Origin: Chthoniobacteraceae bacterium
Lineage (GTDB): Bacteria; Verrucomicrobiota; Verrucomicrobiia; Chthoniobacterales; Chthoniobacteraceae
Assembly: GCA_037190965.1 (NCBI GenBank)
Contig: JBBCKI010000013.1
Coordinates: 11,998-75,997, forward strand
Reading direction: 5' to 3'
Length of the DNA stretch: 64,000 bases
Each line of letters starts with the position of its first letter. The first letter of the stretch is position 1. This document shows, in pieces, positions 1-9,646 of the stretch. The notes under the pieces are model-generated. The model searched no databases, was not told the origin of the DNA, and was given only the letters and a program-made list of their open reading frames with translations. The position numbers and the translations under genes are program-made.

Positions 1-141
1 GACCGTTTTCGCCGACAATATCGTGAGGCGACAAGGCTCTCCCGGGGAGAGCCGACACTTAAAAGGTGAGAAATTGCGAGAAACCCCTTGTCAACCCTCG
101 GGGGGTGTGGCAGCTTTCACGCCTTTCTTTTCGAGACGTTT

Positions 142-456
142 ATGGCTTACGCAATTATTAAAACGGGCGGCAAACAGTACAAAGTCGCGGCAGGCGACGT
201 GATTCTGGTTGAAAAACTTGAAGTGCAGCCCGGGACTGAAACCAGCTTTTCCGATGTTCTTTTCTTCGCTGAAGGGGACTCGATCAAGTCTGACGCCAGC
301 GCTCTCGAAGGAGCCAGCGTGAAGGGCGAAGTGCTCGAGCAGACCAAGGGCGACAAGGTCATCGCGTTCAAATATCGCCGCCGCAAGGGGTATCACCGCA
401 CGGTGGGGCACCGCCAGAAGTTGACGAAAGTCAAAATCACCGCGATCAACGCCTAA
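142..456 (+). CDS. rplU: 50S ribosomal protein L21
   Basis: MAYAIIKTGGKQYKV...RRRKGYHRTVGHRQKLTKVKITAI; ATG at 142 chosen over the TTG at 88. Confidence 0.97.
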   Translation: MAYAIIKTGGKQYKVAAGDVILVEKLEVQPGTETSFSDVLFFAEGDSIKSDASALEGASVKGEVLEQTKGDKVIAFKYRRRKGYHRTVGHRQKLTKVKITAINA

Positions 457-485
457 TCGGATTTTTTTAACTACAGCAACTTTTT

Positions 486-743
486 ATGGCTCATAAAAAA
501 GGTCAGGGCAGCGTCAAGAACGGCCGCGACAGCGTAAGCAAGCGTCTCGGCGTTAAGAAATACGGCAGCCAGTCGGTCGTCGCCGGGAACATCATCATCC
601 GCCAGCGTGGCACCAAGTTCCGCCCCGGTCGTAACGTCGGGCTCGGACGGGATTACACCATCTTCGCCCTCGTGGACGGCACCGTCCGTTTCGACCGCGA
701 AGGCCGCCGCGTGAACGTCGACCCCGTCGCCGTCACCGCATAA
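486..743 (+). CDS. rpmA: 50S ribosomal protein L27
   Basis: [23 protein letters not shown] signature; follows rplU. Confidence 0.98.
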   Translation: MAHKKGQGSVKNGRDSVSKRLGVKKYGSQSVVAGNIIIRQRGTKFRPGRNVGLGRDYTIFALVDGTVRFDREGRRVNVDPVAVTA

Positions 744-770
744 GGTTCCGCACAACGGTTTATTTTCAGA

Positions 771-801
771 AACGCCCCGGGTTTTCCCAGGGCGTTTTTT
801 T
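771..801 (+). terminator. Intrinsic terminator of rplU-rpmA
   Basis: AACGCCCCGGG-TTTT-CCCAGGGCGTT hairpin followed by a T run. Confidence 0.8.
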
Positions 802-807
802 ATGGCA

Positions 808-946
808 GGTAGACCGCTCGCGCCGCCGAGTTTTGATAAGGAAGGGCATTTGGCGTCATCCCCGCCGGACGGGTTGCTCTTGCTGGATGTCCGGGTAAAG
901 AATATGCGGGAGCCGATACCCGCGCTCTCGGCGAGAGCGGACTACC
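808..946. repeat. GTAG-family REPIN copy 1
   Basis: GGTAGACCGCTCGCGCCGCCGAG ... CCCGCGCTCTCGGCGAGAGCGGACTACC inverted REP arms; the right arm supplies the TAG stop of the SDR gene. Confidence 0.85.
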
Positions 947-1949
947 TTGTATGTCCTCGCCAAAACAATGCCGTGGCGGCTCCGGCAAGAATCGCTCCCC
1001 CGAGGGTGCGGCGCACGCCGGGGTGGAGTTGCAGCCAGGTGTAGGCGCTGGTGGCGTGCGATTCTTTGTCAAAATCGCCATGGATGCGGGTGTCCGCCGT
1101 GCCGGGCTGGAAGATATTTTCCTGTCGTGTCTCTCTGGGGCGTCCGCTTTTCCGGCTCCGGTAGGCAAGCCAGGTGATGACGGCATCTGTCAGTTTGGGC
1201 ATGAGCCGTTTGGCGAGAATGGCCAAGCCCCCCGACGCGCCGATGACCACTTCTTCAATCGGGTGCTGCGCCGCGTGGATGACGGCGCGAACGACCGTCT
1301 CGGGTTGGTAAATGGCGGAGGTGGGTCGAGGCCGCATGCCGGTTTTGGACCGGGCGTGATTGAAAAACGGGGTGTTGATGCCGCTCGGCATGATGTTGGT
1401 AACGCTCACGGGAATGCGCTCATGCTTGATCTCCATTCTCAGCACGTCCATGAACCCCCGCATTCCATGTTTGGAGGCTGAGTAGGCGCTCTGGTTCGGG
1501 AGGCCCACCTCGGCTTCGACGGAGGAGATTTCGATCAGCGCGCCTCCATGCTGGCTCAGGGCTGGCAGGACCGCCATCGCGGCGAAGGCGGCACCCAGAA
1601 GGTTCACGTCGATGACGCGCTGGAACTCCTCAGGCGTGGTCTCGCGGAAGGGGGCGTAAACGGAGGTAGCGGCGAAATGCGCCCAGGTGTCGATGCGCCC
1701 GAAGCGTTCGAGCGCGCGGCGGACGACATTTTTGACCTGCGAATAGTCGCTGACATCGGTTGCCACCGCGACGGCGGTGCCGCCCGCCGATTCGATCTGC
1801 GAGACCAAAGAGTCGAGCCCCTCCTGGCTGCGCGAGGCGACCACCACCTTTGCGCCCCGCCGGGCAAACTCCAGCGCCGTCTGGCGGCCCATCCCGCTCG
1901 ACGCGCCACAGACGACCACAACTTGCTCATGCACCGGTTTTAGCTTCAT
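942..1949 (-). CDS. SDR family oxidoreductase
   Basis: GASSGMG Rossmann motif, YSASK catalytic motif, C-terminal hydrophobic tail. Confidence 0.92.
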   Translation of the reverse strand: MKLKPVHEQVVVVCGASSGMGRQTALEFARRGAKVVVASRSQEGLDSLVSQIESAGGTAVAVATDVSDYSQVKNVVRRALERFGRIDTWAHFAATSVYAPFRETTPEEFQRVIDVNLLGAAFAAMAVLPALSQHGGALIEISSVEAEVGLPNQSAYSASKHGMRGFMDVLRMEIKHERIPVSVTNIMPSGINTPFFNHARSKTGMRPRPTSAIYQPETVVRAVIHAAQHPIEEVVIGASGGLAILAKRLMPKLTDAVITWLAYRSRKSGRPRETRQENIFQPGTADTRIHGDFDKESHATSAYTWLQLHPGVRRTLGGAILAGAATALFWRGHTR

Positions 1950-1990
1950 GCGTCCTCCAAAGGAGAACGGGCATGGGCGATGCAGCGGTT

Positions 1991-3943
1991 CTACCTGCCG
2001 GGTAACGGTTCTTGAGGGCTCTCGGGGACGATGAGGAGATGTTCGAGGGCAATTTTCCGGGCTTTCGGGGAGACCCTGATGGTGACTTCACACGTGTCGG
2101 CTCCCTCGGGAACTTGCAGGCGATGGAAGTCGATCCCGCTGCGACGGTGGAAATAGGGCCGTAACTCCATCGTTTGGAGAAACTTGGAGTCCCGGAAAAA
2201 TTTGAGCTGGACCCGGATCGCCTGGACGAAATTAGCCGAGCCGTTCAGTTCCAGGCTGATCGGCTTGTTGCGCAGAACTTCGGGAATTTTTACTCTTTTG
2301 ACGACCGTTTCTCCGCCATCGCCCTCCCATAGAAACGGCATCGCGGGGGCTTCGGCAAACAGGGTCTGCGCCTCGATCGGCTCAGGGGCGGATGCCGCCG
2401 CGTCCCGCTTTTGGTAGAAGATGAATTCCGGGACTTCCCCGATATTGATGACCCGGGTTAGGGACCAGTTGAGCTGTGGCTTGGTGAAAAAGGAGCCCAG
2501 TTCATTCTGCTCTTCGATCTTTTCTCTTTGGATGTCCTGTCGATCCGTCAGCCAGGTGAGCTTGCGGCAGAACCAGAATTGCTCCGAGGCGGCTGCCATC
2601 TCTTCCAGTTTGTCATTTTTGTGAAAGATCTTGGAACGGGTATTCCACTGAAGAGTGGAGGCCTTCCTGGCGTCGGAGAGGTAGGCGGCGCTCCGCATCG
2701 CGTCGTGGGTGAAGATGGAGGTCCCAGCGGGCACGGTCTGGAGATAGGCCCGGAATTGCGGGACGTAACCGAGGTTGAAATAGGATCGCCGGGTGGCGGC
2801 GCAAAAGAAGATCACCGCGAGGCAGGCCGCCGGGACGGGGTTTCGCCGGATCCAGCCCGCGCCGATCCGCCAGAACGACAGAAGAAATCCAGCTCCTGCA
2901 ACCGAGAGGATGGAGAGGGGGATCGACAGGGAACAGAGAAAGCGGTCGGCATCGCGAAGCAGCGGCCGAGGCGGCGAAACGCTTTGCAGGGAGCAGCTAT
3001 AAGCGAGGTAAAGGGCGACGGCCCAGGCGGTGATGACACGGCCCCACATTCCGCTCCTGCCCTCCCGCCGACAGAGGTGAACCGCGCCGATAACGGCCAA
3101 TATACAGAGGGTGGGACCGAGAAGACCCTTTGCCCAAACGACACGCAGGAACCGGAAGGGGAGTGTCCAGACAGGGACCGATTCCGTCCCCTTTCGGCCT
3201 TTGGCTCCCATATTGGTGTGCAGGCTGTGAAGGAAATCGCCGGTGATCCGCTGGTAAATGAGCGATTCGACGCAAACAAGGGCGAGCCAGACAACCCCGA
3301 TGACAGCCAGCCAGGTGAGGGCCTGGATCGGTTTGAAGCGTGGGTTGCGCCAGCAGGTGACGAGCGCGACGGCGGCGAGGACGCCGAAGACGAAAACCCC
3401 GGTGATCCGGTTGGCAAAGAGAATTGCCGAAACCAGGCCGGCCCCGAGGGCAAAAAGAACGCGGGCGCGCCGGGTCTCATTTTCCACGATTCCCAACCAG
3501 CAGAGAACGGCCACTCCGATGAGAACCCCCTCCGTAAGGTCGGGCATGGGGCGAAAGATCACCGTATCGAGAAGGGGATGAAAGAGAAACGTGAGGGCGC
3601 AAGCCCACCCTGCCGCGCGAGAATCGAAAACGCGGTTCCCAAGGATGAAGATCACGAGGCTGCCCAGAGAGAGATAAGAGAAGGGCACCCCATAAAACGA
3701 CACGAGTCCGGGACCGAAAATCCCCTGTAAAACCCAGCAAAATCCCCAGATCGGCCAGCGTAAATCGTGGAACTTGGTAGGGCTCCATCCATCGATCCCA
3801 TTTTCGTGAACGGCCCAGGCGGTTCTCCAGTACGTGAAATCGTCGCCCAGCCCCGGTTCTTTCAGGAAAAGAATGCCGACGGCAAAGGCGGTCAGGATAA
3901 GAAGGATCAGATCGCTGGCGAGCAGCTTGCGTGGGGTATTCAT
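1991..3943 (-). CDS. Polytopic membrane protein, probable GT-C (ArnT/PMT-like) glycosyltransferase
   Basis: N-terminal TM followed by a DD motif (GDDFTY), many hydrophobic segments, soluble C-terminal domain. Confidence 0.65.
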   Translation of the reverse strand: MNTPRKLLASDLILLILTAFAVGILFLKEPGLGDDFTYWRTAWAVHENGIDGWSPTKFHDLRWPIWGFCWVLQGIFGPGLVSFYGVPFSYLSLGSLVIFILGNRVFDSRAAGWACALTFLFHPLLDTVIFRPMPDLTEGVLIGVAVLCWLGIVENETRRARVLFALGAGLVSAILFANRITGVFVFGVLAAVALVTCWRNPRFKPIQALTWLAVIGVVWLALVCVESLIYQRITGDFLHSLHTNMGAKGRKGTESVPVWTLPFRFLRVVWAKGLLGPTLCILAVIGAVHLCRREGRSGMWGRVITAWAVALYLAYSCSLQSVSPPRPLLRDADRFLCSLSIPLSILSVAGAGFLLSFWRIGAGWIRRNPVPAACLAVIFFCAATRRSYFNLGYVPQFRAYLQTVPAGTSIFTHDAMRSAAYLSDARKASTLQWNTRSKIFHKNDKLEEMAAASEQFWFCRKLTWLTDRQDIQREKIEEQNELGSFFTKPQLNWSLTRVINIGEVPEFIFYQKRDAAASAPEPIEAQTLFAEAPAMPFLWEGDGGETVVKRVKIPEVLRNKPISLELNGSANFVQAIRVQLKFFRDSKFLQTMELRPYFHRRSGIDFHRLQVPEGADTCEVTIRVSPKARKIALEHLLIVPESPQEPLPGR

Positions 3944-4011
3944 CCGTCTTTTAAGGCGCCGGGGACGCTAACAACACCTTGCATGGGGAACAAGAGGATT
4001 TAATTCTTTAC

Positions 4012-4028
4012 AATTCTTATAGGGAATT
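4012..4028. promoter_or_regulatory. Candidate operator upstream of the sulfite/nitrite reductase
   Basis: Near-palindrome AATTCTTATAGGGAATT in an AT-rich divergent intergenic region. Confidence 0.35.
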
Positions 4029-4080
4029 ATGATATTCCCTCTCGGAGGCTCTAACCGAGGTCTCGTGTCTTTATTAAGTT

Positions 4081-5703
4081 ATGACCGAAATCACACCCAA
4101 CTTCGCCGCCGTTAAACAGGGGCTGATTCCTCTCACGCCGCAGGAACAGTATAAGCAGGACAAGGATGCATTGGATGTCATTCACGACATCTACCGGTAC
4201 GCAAAATCCGGGTTTGCCTCCATTCCCGACCCCGATTTCGAGCGCATGAAATGGTATGGCGTTTACCGCCAGAAGCCAAAAGAGAGCGGCTTTTTCATGA
4301 TGCGGACAAAGATCCCCGGCGGCCAGTTAACCGGGGCGCAAGCCAAGGTGCTTTCCAGCATCGCCGACCGTTTCGGCCACGGTTTCTGCGACATCACTAC
4401 CCGCCAGTGCATTCAGTTTCATTGGCTGAAGATCAAGGATGTCCCGCAGATTTTTGCCGACCTTGCCGGTGTCGGGATGACCACGAGCGGTGCATGCGGC
4501 GACGACACCCGTAACGTGGTCGGCTGCCCTGTATCGGGGATCGATCCCGACGAGATCATCGACGCCACGGACGAAATGTGGGAGGTGAGCAGGGCGCTGA
4601 CCGACAATCGGGAGTTCTCCAACATGCCCCGAAAGTACAAGATTTCCGTCTCCGGGTGCTGTATCCGCTGCGCCCAGCCCGACATCAACTGCACCGCCGT
4701 TTTCGGCCTCAAGCGCACGGTCAACGGCGTGGAAGAAACCGGTTACGGCATCATGCTCGGAGGCGGTCTCTCTGCCGCCCCGCACATGGCGAAGATTCTC
4801 CCGTTCTTTATCAGACCAGGTCAGGTTTGGGCGGTCGTGAAGGCGGCGAGCGAGTTTTTCCGCGACGAAGGGTATCGCCTCAAGCGCAACCGCGCCCGGT
4901 TCAAGTTCCTGGTGGCGGACTGGGGTGTCGAGCGCGTGGCCGCCGCCGTGCAGGAGCGCCTTTCGTTCCAGCTTGAAGCGCATACGGACTTCCCGGAACT
5001 CAAGGATCAGGAGAGCGATCACCTTGGCATTCATCCGCAGAAACAGGCGGGCCTGTTCTGGGTGGGCGTCAACTTCGCGGGTGGCCGGGTTCGCAACGGG
5101 CTTCTCGGGCGGATCGGCGAGCTTGCCCAAAAATATTGCGCCGAAGGGAAGGACGCCATCCGTCTTACCAACAAGCAGAACCTGCTTATCATCAACGTGC
5201 CGGAGGCGAACCTTCCCGCGTTGAAGGCGGAACTCGACCACCTTGGGCTCGTCTACGATCCCTCGAACTTCCGCAAAGGGTGCGTCTCATGCACCGGCAT
5301 TGAGTTCTGCAACCTTGCCGTTACCGAGACCAAGAACCGGATGATCGATCTGGTTGAACAGCTTGAGACCCAGAGCGGCTGGTACAAGGACAAGATCCGC
5401 ATCCACTTCTCGGGCTGCCCGTCGAGTTGCGGTCAGCACCAAATTGCCGATATCGGCTTCCGGGGCGCGCGCACGAAGATCGACGGCGTGATGCACGACG
5501 CCTACGATTGCTTCATCGGCGGCCGCCTCGGCGAGAACCGCCGCTTCAACGAGTTGTTGAAGGGGAAGGTGCTCGCCAAGGACGTCCACCACTTCATCGA
5601 CAAGCTCCTGCGCATCTATGATTGCGGGAAGGTGAACGGCGAAACCTTCGCGGAGTTCTGCGATCGCGTCCCAAAGACCGAGATCCTGGCGGGGCTCGGG
5701 TAA
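4081..5703 (+). CDS. Ferredoxin-dependent nitrite/sulfite reductase (siroheme, 4Fe-4S)
   Basis: TTRQ and PRKYKI motifs; CTGIEFC and SGCPSSCG siroheme/FeS cysteines. Confidence 0.93.
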   Translation: MTEITPNFAAVKQGLIPLTPQEQYKQDKDALDVIHDIYRYAKSGFASIPDPDFERMKWYGVYRQKPKESGFFMMRTKIPGGQLTGAQAKVLSSIADRFGHGFCDITTRQCIQFHWLKIKDVPQIFADLAGVGMTTSGACGDDTRNVVGCPVSGIDPDEIIDATDEMWEVSRALTDNREFSNMPRKYKISVSGCCIRCAQPDINCTAVFGLKRTVNGVEETGYGIMLGGGLSAAPHMAKILPFFIRPGQVWAVVKAASEFFRDEGYRLKRNRARFKFLVADWGVERVAAAVQERLSFQLEAHTDFPELKDQESDHLGIHPQKQAGLFWVGVNFAGGRVRNGLLGRIGELAQKYCAEGKDAIRLTNKQNLLIINVPEANLPALKAELDHLGLVYDPSNFRKGCVSCTGIEFCNLAVTETKNRMIDLVEQLETQSGWYKDKIRIHFSGCPSSCGQHQIADIGFRGARTKIDGVMHDAYDCFIGGRLGENRRFNELLKGKVLAKDVHHFIDKLLRIYDCGKVNGETFAEFCDRVPKTEILAGLG

Positions 5704-5794
5704 TGCGTATCCTTCAGCAGCGGTTTTTTTGGGTCGCGCGGGATTCGAGGCTTTTCTGCTTCAAGCACTTCTGCAATAAACCCGCCTTTATCCC

Positions 5795-6259
5795 ATGAAC
5801 CAACCGAGCGTCGAACAAGCCACTCTGGAGGATCTGCCGCAGTTGACCGACCTGCTGGTCGAATTGTTTTCCCATGAGTCGGACTTCAAACCGGACCGCA
5901 TCAAACAGATGCGCGGCATCCGACTGGTTTTGGAAAACCCGGCGCGGGGGCGGATCTTCGTTCTTCGCAGTCACGGGCGGATCATCGGGATGATCAACCT
6001 GCTTTTCACGATCAGTACCGCCGAGGGCGGGTTCGTGATGTTGCTGGAGGACCTGGTGATTCATAAAGACCACCGTGGCCATGGCTACGGCACCATTTTG
6101 CTTGAGCATGCGATCGAGTACGCGAAGGCCAAGGATTTTCAGCGAATCACGCTCCTGAGCGATCTTGACGAGGTTGAGTCCCAGAAATTGTTCCGTCATC
6201 ACGGGTTCGTCGATTCCCACATGATCCCGATGCGGCTGGTCCTTTCCACGGCGAAATAG
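5795..6259 (+). CDS. GNAT family N-acetyltransferase
   Basis: HRGHGYG acetyl-CoA binding motif A. Confidence 0.9.
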   Translation: MNQPSVEQATLEDLPQLTDLLVELFSHESDFKPDRIKQMRGIRLVLENPARGRIFVLRSHGRIIGMINLLFTISTAEGGFVMLLEDLVIHKDHRGHGYGTILLEHAIEYAKAKDFQRITLLSDLDEVESQKLFRHHGFVDSHMIPMRLVLSTAK

Positions 6260-6262
6260 TCC

Positions 6263-6952
6263 ATGGCTGACGATTCCAAATTCGTCGATATCGGCGTCGC
6301 CCGGGTGGATGTGGACCGGCACGACCGGTGCGGCTTCCCGGAAGTCATCTTTGCCCAAGGCAAGACGGCGGAAGATGTCGTGGCGATCGCCCGCACGTTA
6401 GCGGAGCGGCACGGCGTCCTGCTGATCACCCGTGCCAGCGAAGAACAGGCGGCGGCAGTCACGGGGGCCTTCCCCGAGGCGCGCTTTCATTCGCGTTCCC
6501 GCTGCATCACTATCGAGATCAAGCCGCTCCCGAAGCTCGACGGCGCGGTGGCAGTGGTCTGCGCGGGCACCTCGGATCTTCCCGTCGCGGAGGAGGCGGT
6601 GGTGACGCTGGAGATTTTCGGCAATCGCGTGGCGAAGTTTTACGACGTTGGCGTGGCCGGGATTCACCGGTTGCTTGCCGTCCGCGACCAGATTGAATCC
6701 TGTAACGCCGTTGTGGTGGTGGCGGGGATGGAAGGAGCGTTGCCGAGCGCGATTGCGGGGCTGATCAGCAAGCCGGTCATCGCGGTGCCGACCAGTGTGG
6801 GTTACGGAGCGAGCTTTGGAGGGTTGGCCGCACTGCTGGGAATGCTCAATAGCTGCGGCAGCGGTGTCACGGTGGTGAACATCGACAACGGCTTCGGCGC
6901 GGCCTATGCGGCGGCGGCAATCAACAAGCAGTTGCACGCCAAAGGGGGTTGA
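6263..6952 (+). CDS. larB: Nickel pincer cofactor biosynthesis protein LarB (PurE-like)
   Basis: AGTSDLPVAEEA, DVGVAGIHRL, AGMEGAL, VPTSVGYG and VVNIDNGFGAA motifs. Confidence 0.92.
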   Translation: MADDSKFVDIGVARVDVDRHDRCGFPEVIFAQGKTAEDVVAIARTLAERHGVLLITRASEEQAAAVTGAFPEARFHSRSRCITIEIKPLPKLDGAVAVVCAGTSDLPVAEEAVVTLEIFGNRVAKFYDVGVAGIHRLLAVRDQIESCNAVVVVAGMEGALPSAIAGLISKPVIAVPTSVGYGASFGGLAALLGMLNSCGSGVTVVNIDNGFGAAYAAAAINKQLHAKGG

Positions 6953-6980
6953 GAAGAAATAGAGGGCCTTTGGCCATGGG

Positions 6981-7108
6981 CGGCGTCGTGGAACTCCGCC
7001 CTCCCTCTACCGCGCGGCAGCGCGCGCAGGGCGAAAGATTCCAGTGTGAAATACCCTCCAACGGAGGGCGGAGCTCCGCGACGCCGTAATCCTTGCAGCC
7101 GAAGGCTC
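6981..7108. repeat. GGAG-type REP inverted pair
   Basis: CGGCGTCGTGGAACTCCGCCCTCC (6981-7004) inverted against GGAGGGCGGAGCTCCGCGACGCCG (7063-7086); 7053-7108 recurs at 35516-35571. Confidence 0.8.
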
Positions 7109-7109
7109 G

Positions 7110-8153
7110 CTAATCCACCAGATTCGTCGGCGTACCGGCGATAAAATTCCGCAGATTCTCCAGCGTGGTGTCATTGATCCGCTGGACGGCTTCCACGCTG
7201 TTGAACGCGACGTGCGGAGTGAAGACGACGTTGGGCCTCCCGATAAGATCGGTATTGCGGATCAGTCGTTGAAGTTCGTCGATGCGGTCGGACTCTGAGG
7301 CCCGCAGTTCCTCCGGGTCCATCCCCGACTGAAGGCGGTTGACGATCTGTTCGCCGATAAGGTTCATCGCCTCCCGTTGGAGGACGTGCTCTTCCTCAAG
7401 CACATCGAGCCCCGCGCCTCCGACAACGCCGCTGTCGAGCGCTTCGATCAACGCGTCGGTGTCGATCAGCCCGCCGCGAGCGGTGTTGATGACGATCACC
7501 CCCTCTTTACACTTGGCGAACGCGGCGCGGTCGAGCAGGTGGACGGTGGCCGGCAGGAGGGGGATGTGAAGCGAAATGATGTCCGAGCGGGCCAGGAGAA
7601 CGTCGAGGGGGACGTATTCGAAGCCAAGGAGATCCCCCATGAAAGGCCGTGGGCTGAGATCGTAGGCGATCACATTCATGTTGAACGCCTTGGCGATGCG
7701 GATGGCGTGCAGGCCAATGCGGCCCGACCCGATAATGCCGATGGTTTTCTGATTGAGATCGAACCCTCGGACCGCTTCGTAGCTGAACTGATCGCCTTTG
7801 TTGGCGTTCATTGACTCCCGCATGCGCCGGGAAATCGCAAGGATGAGCGCGAACGTGTGTTCGGCCACGGTGTTGTCGCCATAGGTAGGAACCGTGGAAA
7901 TCTCGACGCCGCGAGCCTTGCAGGCCGCCAGATCGATATGATCGTACCCCGTGGAGCGCGTGGCGATGAAACGGAGATTCGGATGGGTCTCCAGGAATTC
8001 GGGAGTGATCCGGGAGTAGATAAACGGCGAAATCGCTTCTACATCGGGCTCCACTTCGTCCAAAGACGCGGCAAACCGGACGTCGTGGCCTTTGAGGTTC
8101 TCTGCAAAAAAAGATTCCTCGCTGGGTTCCGTCTCAAGAAAGCAGATGATCAT
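7110..8153 (-). CDS. D-2-hydroxyacid dehydrogenase (D-lactate dehydrogenase-like)
   Basis: GSGRIG, INTARGGLID, LDVLEEE and TPHVAF motifs; ATG at 8153. Confidence 0.92.
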   Translation of the reverse strand: MIICFLETEPSEESFFAENLKGHDVRFAASLDEVEPDVEAISPFIYSRITPEFLETHPNLRFIATRSTGYDHIDLAACKARGVEISTVPTYGDNTVAEHTFALILAISRRMRESMNANKGDQFSYEAVRGFDLNQKTIGIIGSGRIGLHAIRIAKAFNMNVIAYDLSPRPFMGDLLGFEYVPLDVLLARSDIISLHIPLLPATVHLLDRAAFAKCKEGVIVINTARGGLIDTDALIEALDSGVVGGAGLDVLEEEHVLQREAMNLIGEQIVNRLQSGMDPEELRASESDRIDELQRLIRNTDLIGRPNVVFTPHVAFNSVEAVQRINDTTLENLRNFIAGTPTNLVD

Positions 8154-8226
8154 AAGCCCGTGTTGCAATTTAGCCTCAACTTCAACACGGGCGCGAGAGG
8201 AATTGCACAACGAGGAGGATCAGCCA

Positions 8227-8325
8227 GGTAGCCCGCTCTCGCCGAGAGCGCGGGGATTGAGCGGGACGCGCGTTTGACGTAATCCCGGCAAGACCTACTG
8301 CCGATTCCTGGGATTGCGTTGCAGG
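8227..8325. repeat. GTAG-family REPIN copy 2 (partial, left arm only)
   Basis: GGTAGCCCGCTCTCGCCGAGAGCGCGGG plus the CGTTTGACG internal motif; right arm absent. Confidence 0.75.
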
Positions 8326-8326
8326 C

Positions 8327-9643
8327 TCAAGCCAGCACGTCCACCGGGCTGTAATTCCCTTTCAGCACCTTGGCGCTATCCGTTTTGAGCCATTTCTCAA
8401 GCACGGCGGCGTAGACTTGCCGGAAGTCGGTCTGGTGGCGCAGGTCGCCGTCGAGCAGGTTTTTTAAATCGGGCGGTCCGCCGTGGATTCCCCCTTTTAC
8501 GGAGTCGCCGAAAAGGAACATCGGGGCGGCCGCGCCGTGATCGGTGCCTCCGCTCCCGTTTTCCGCCACGCGGCGGCCGAATTCGCTGAAAGCCAGGACG
8601 AGGACACGCTGCGAGGCCTTGTGGGATCGAAGGTCGGCCATGAAGGCGGCGAGGCTTCGCGACATATCGTCAAGAAGGCGGGCGTGGGAGCCGACCTGTC
8701 CCGCGTGGGTGTCGAAGCCACCCTGGCTGGCGTAATAAACGCGCGTGGGAAAGTCCCCTGCGATCAGCTTCGAGATCATGGAAAGCTCCCGTCCGAGGCG
8801 TGAGTAGGGGTATTCCGCCCGATTCTTTCCCTTGCCAAGAAGCGCGCGGATGCGATCGCCTGCCGCAATGGCGTTCATGGCCGTGTGACGAAGGAAATCG
8901 GCGGTTTCCGGGCTGCCTCCGTTGATGCCGCCGAGCGTCCCCATGGTTTTGGACTCGATGGCAAGCGGCGTCATGGGCGCGGTCATGCCGGGCTTGTTGA
9001 GTTTCTCGAAGATCGCTTCCTGCGCCTTCGCGAGCGCCACGGTTTCGCCGCTGGCGTTCCATTGAAAGGTCTCCGGGTCGTCGAGCGAGAGGGCGACGTT
9101 GGAGCGATTGCGGAAGGATTGCGGCATGACCTTCCCCAGCGACACGCCGATCTCCCCCTGCTGTCCGCGAGGATCGGCGCCGGAGCATTGGGCGTCAAAA
9201 TAACGCCCCAGCCAGCCGTTGGTTTCCAACTGGTCGTTCACCCCAGTGTGCCAGATTTCCATGGCGCGGAAGTGGGAACGGTTCGGGTTGGGGTATCCGG
9301 TATTCTGGATGATGGCAAAACGCCCCTGGTCGAACTCGTTTTTGAGCGGCTTGAGCGCGGCGTTGAGCGCGATCTGGTCGTTGATCTTCAGCAGGCCGTT
9401 GCCGTTGAGCGCGATGGTCGGGCGGGCTTTGAAATAGAGGTCGTCCGTGAAGGGGACGACGGTGTTCAGCCCGTCGTTGCCGCCGCTCAGTTGCAGCACG
9501 ACGAGCACGGTGGCGTCCTTATCCGCCCCGGCGGCTGCGGCGGTGCGGGCAAGAAACGCCGGGACAAACGCGCTGGCGGCAAGAAGCCCGGCTCCCTTGA
9601 GGCTGGAGGCGAGGAATTCGCGTCGGGTCTGGAAGTATTGCAT
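8327..9643 (-). CDS. DUF1501 domain protein with Tat signal
   Basis: TRREFL Tat motif; GGNDGLN, RSHF, GFDTH, SEFGRR and GTDHG motifs. Confidence 0.9.
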   Translation of the reverse strand: MQYFQTRREFLASSLKGAGLLAASAFVPAFLARTAAAAGADKDATVLVVLQLSGGNDGLNTVVPFTDDLYFKARPTIALNGNGLLKINDQIALNAALKPLKNEFDQGRFAIIQNTGYPNPNRSHFRAMEIWHTGVNDQLETNGWLGRYFDAQCSGADPRGQQGEIGVSLGKVMPQSFRNRSNVALSLDDPETFQWNASGETVALAKAQEAIFEKLNKPGMTAPMTPLAIESKTMGTLGGINGGSPETADFLRHTAMNAIAAGDRIRALLGKGKNRAEYPYSRLGRELSMISKLIAGDFPTRVYYASQGGFDTHAGQVGSHARLLDDMSRSLAAFMADLRSHKASQRVLVLAFSEFGRRVAENGSGGTDHGAAAPMFLFGDSVKGGIHGGPPDLKNLLDGDLRHQTDFRQVYAAVLEKWLKTDSAKVLKGNYSPVDVLA

Positions 9644-9646
9644 AGG

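Noticed and set aside
1..141. Ribosomal protein leader RNA upstream of rplU
   Set aside because: A hairpin is present (GGCTCTCCC/GGGAGAGCC) but I cannot match it to a known leader family.
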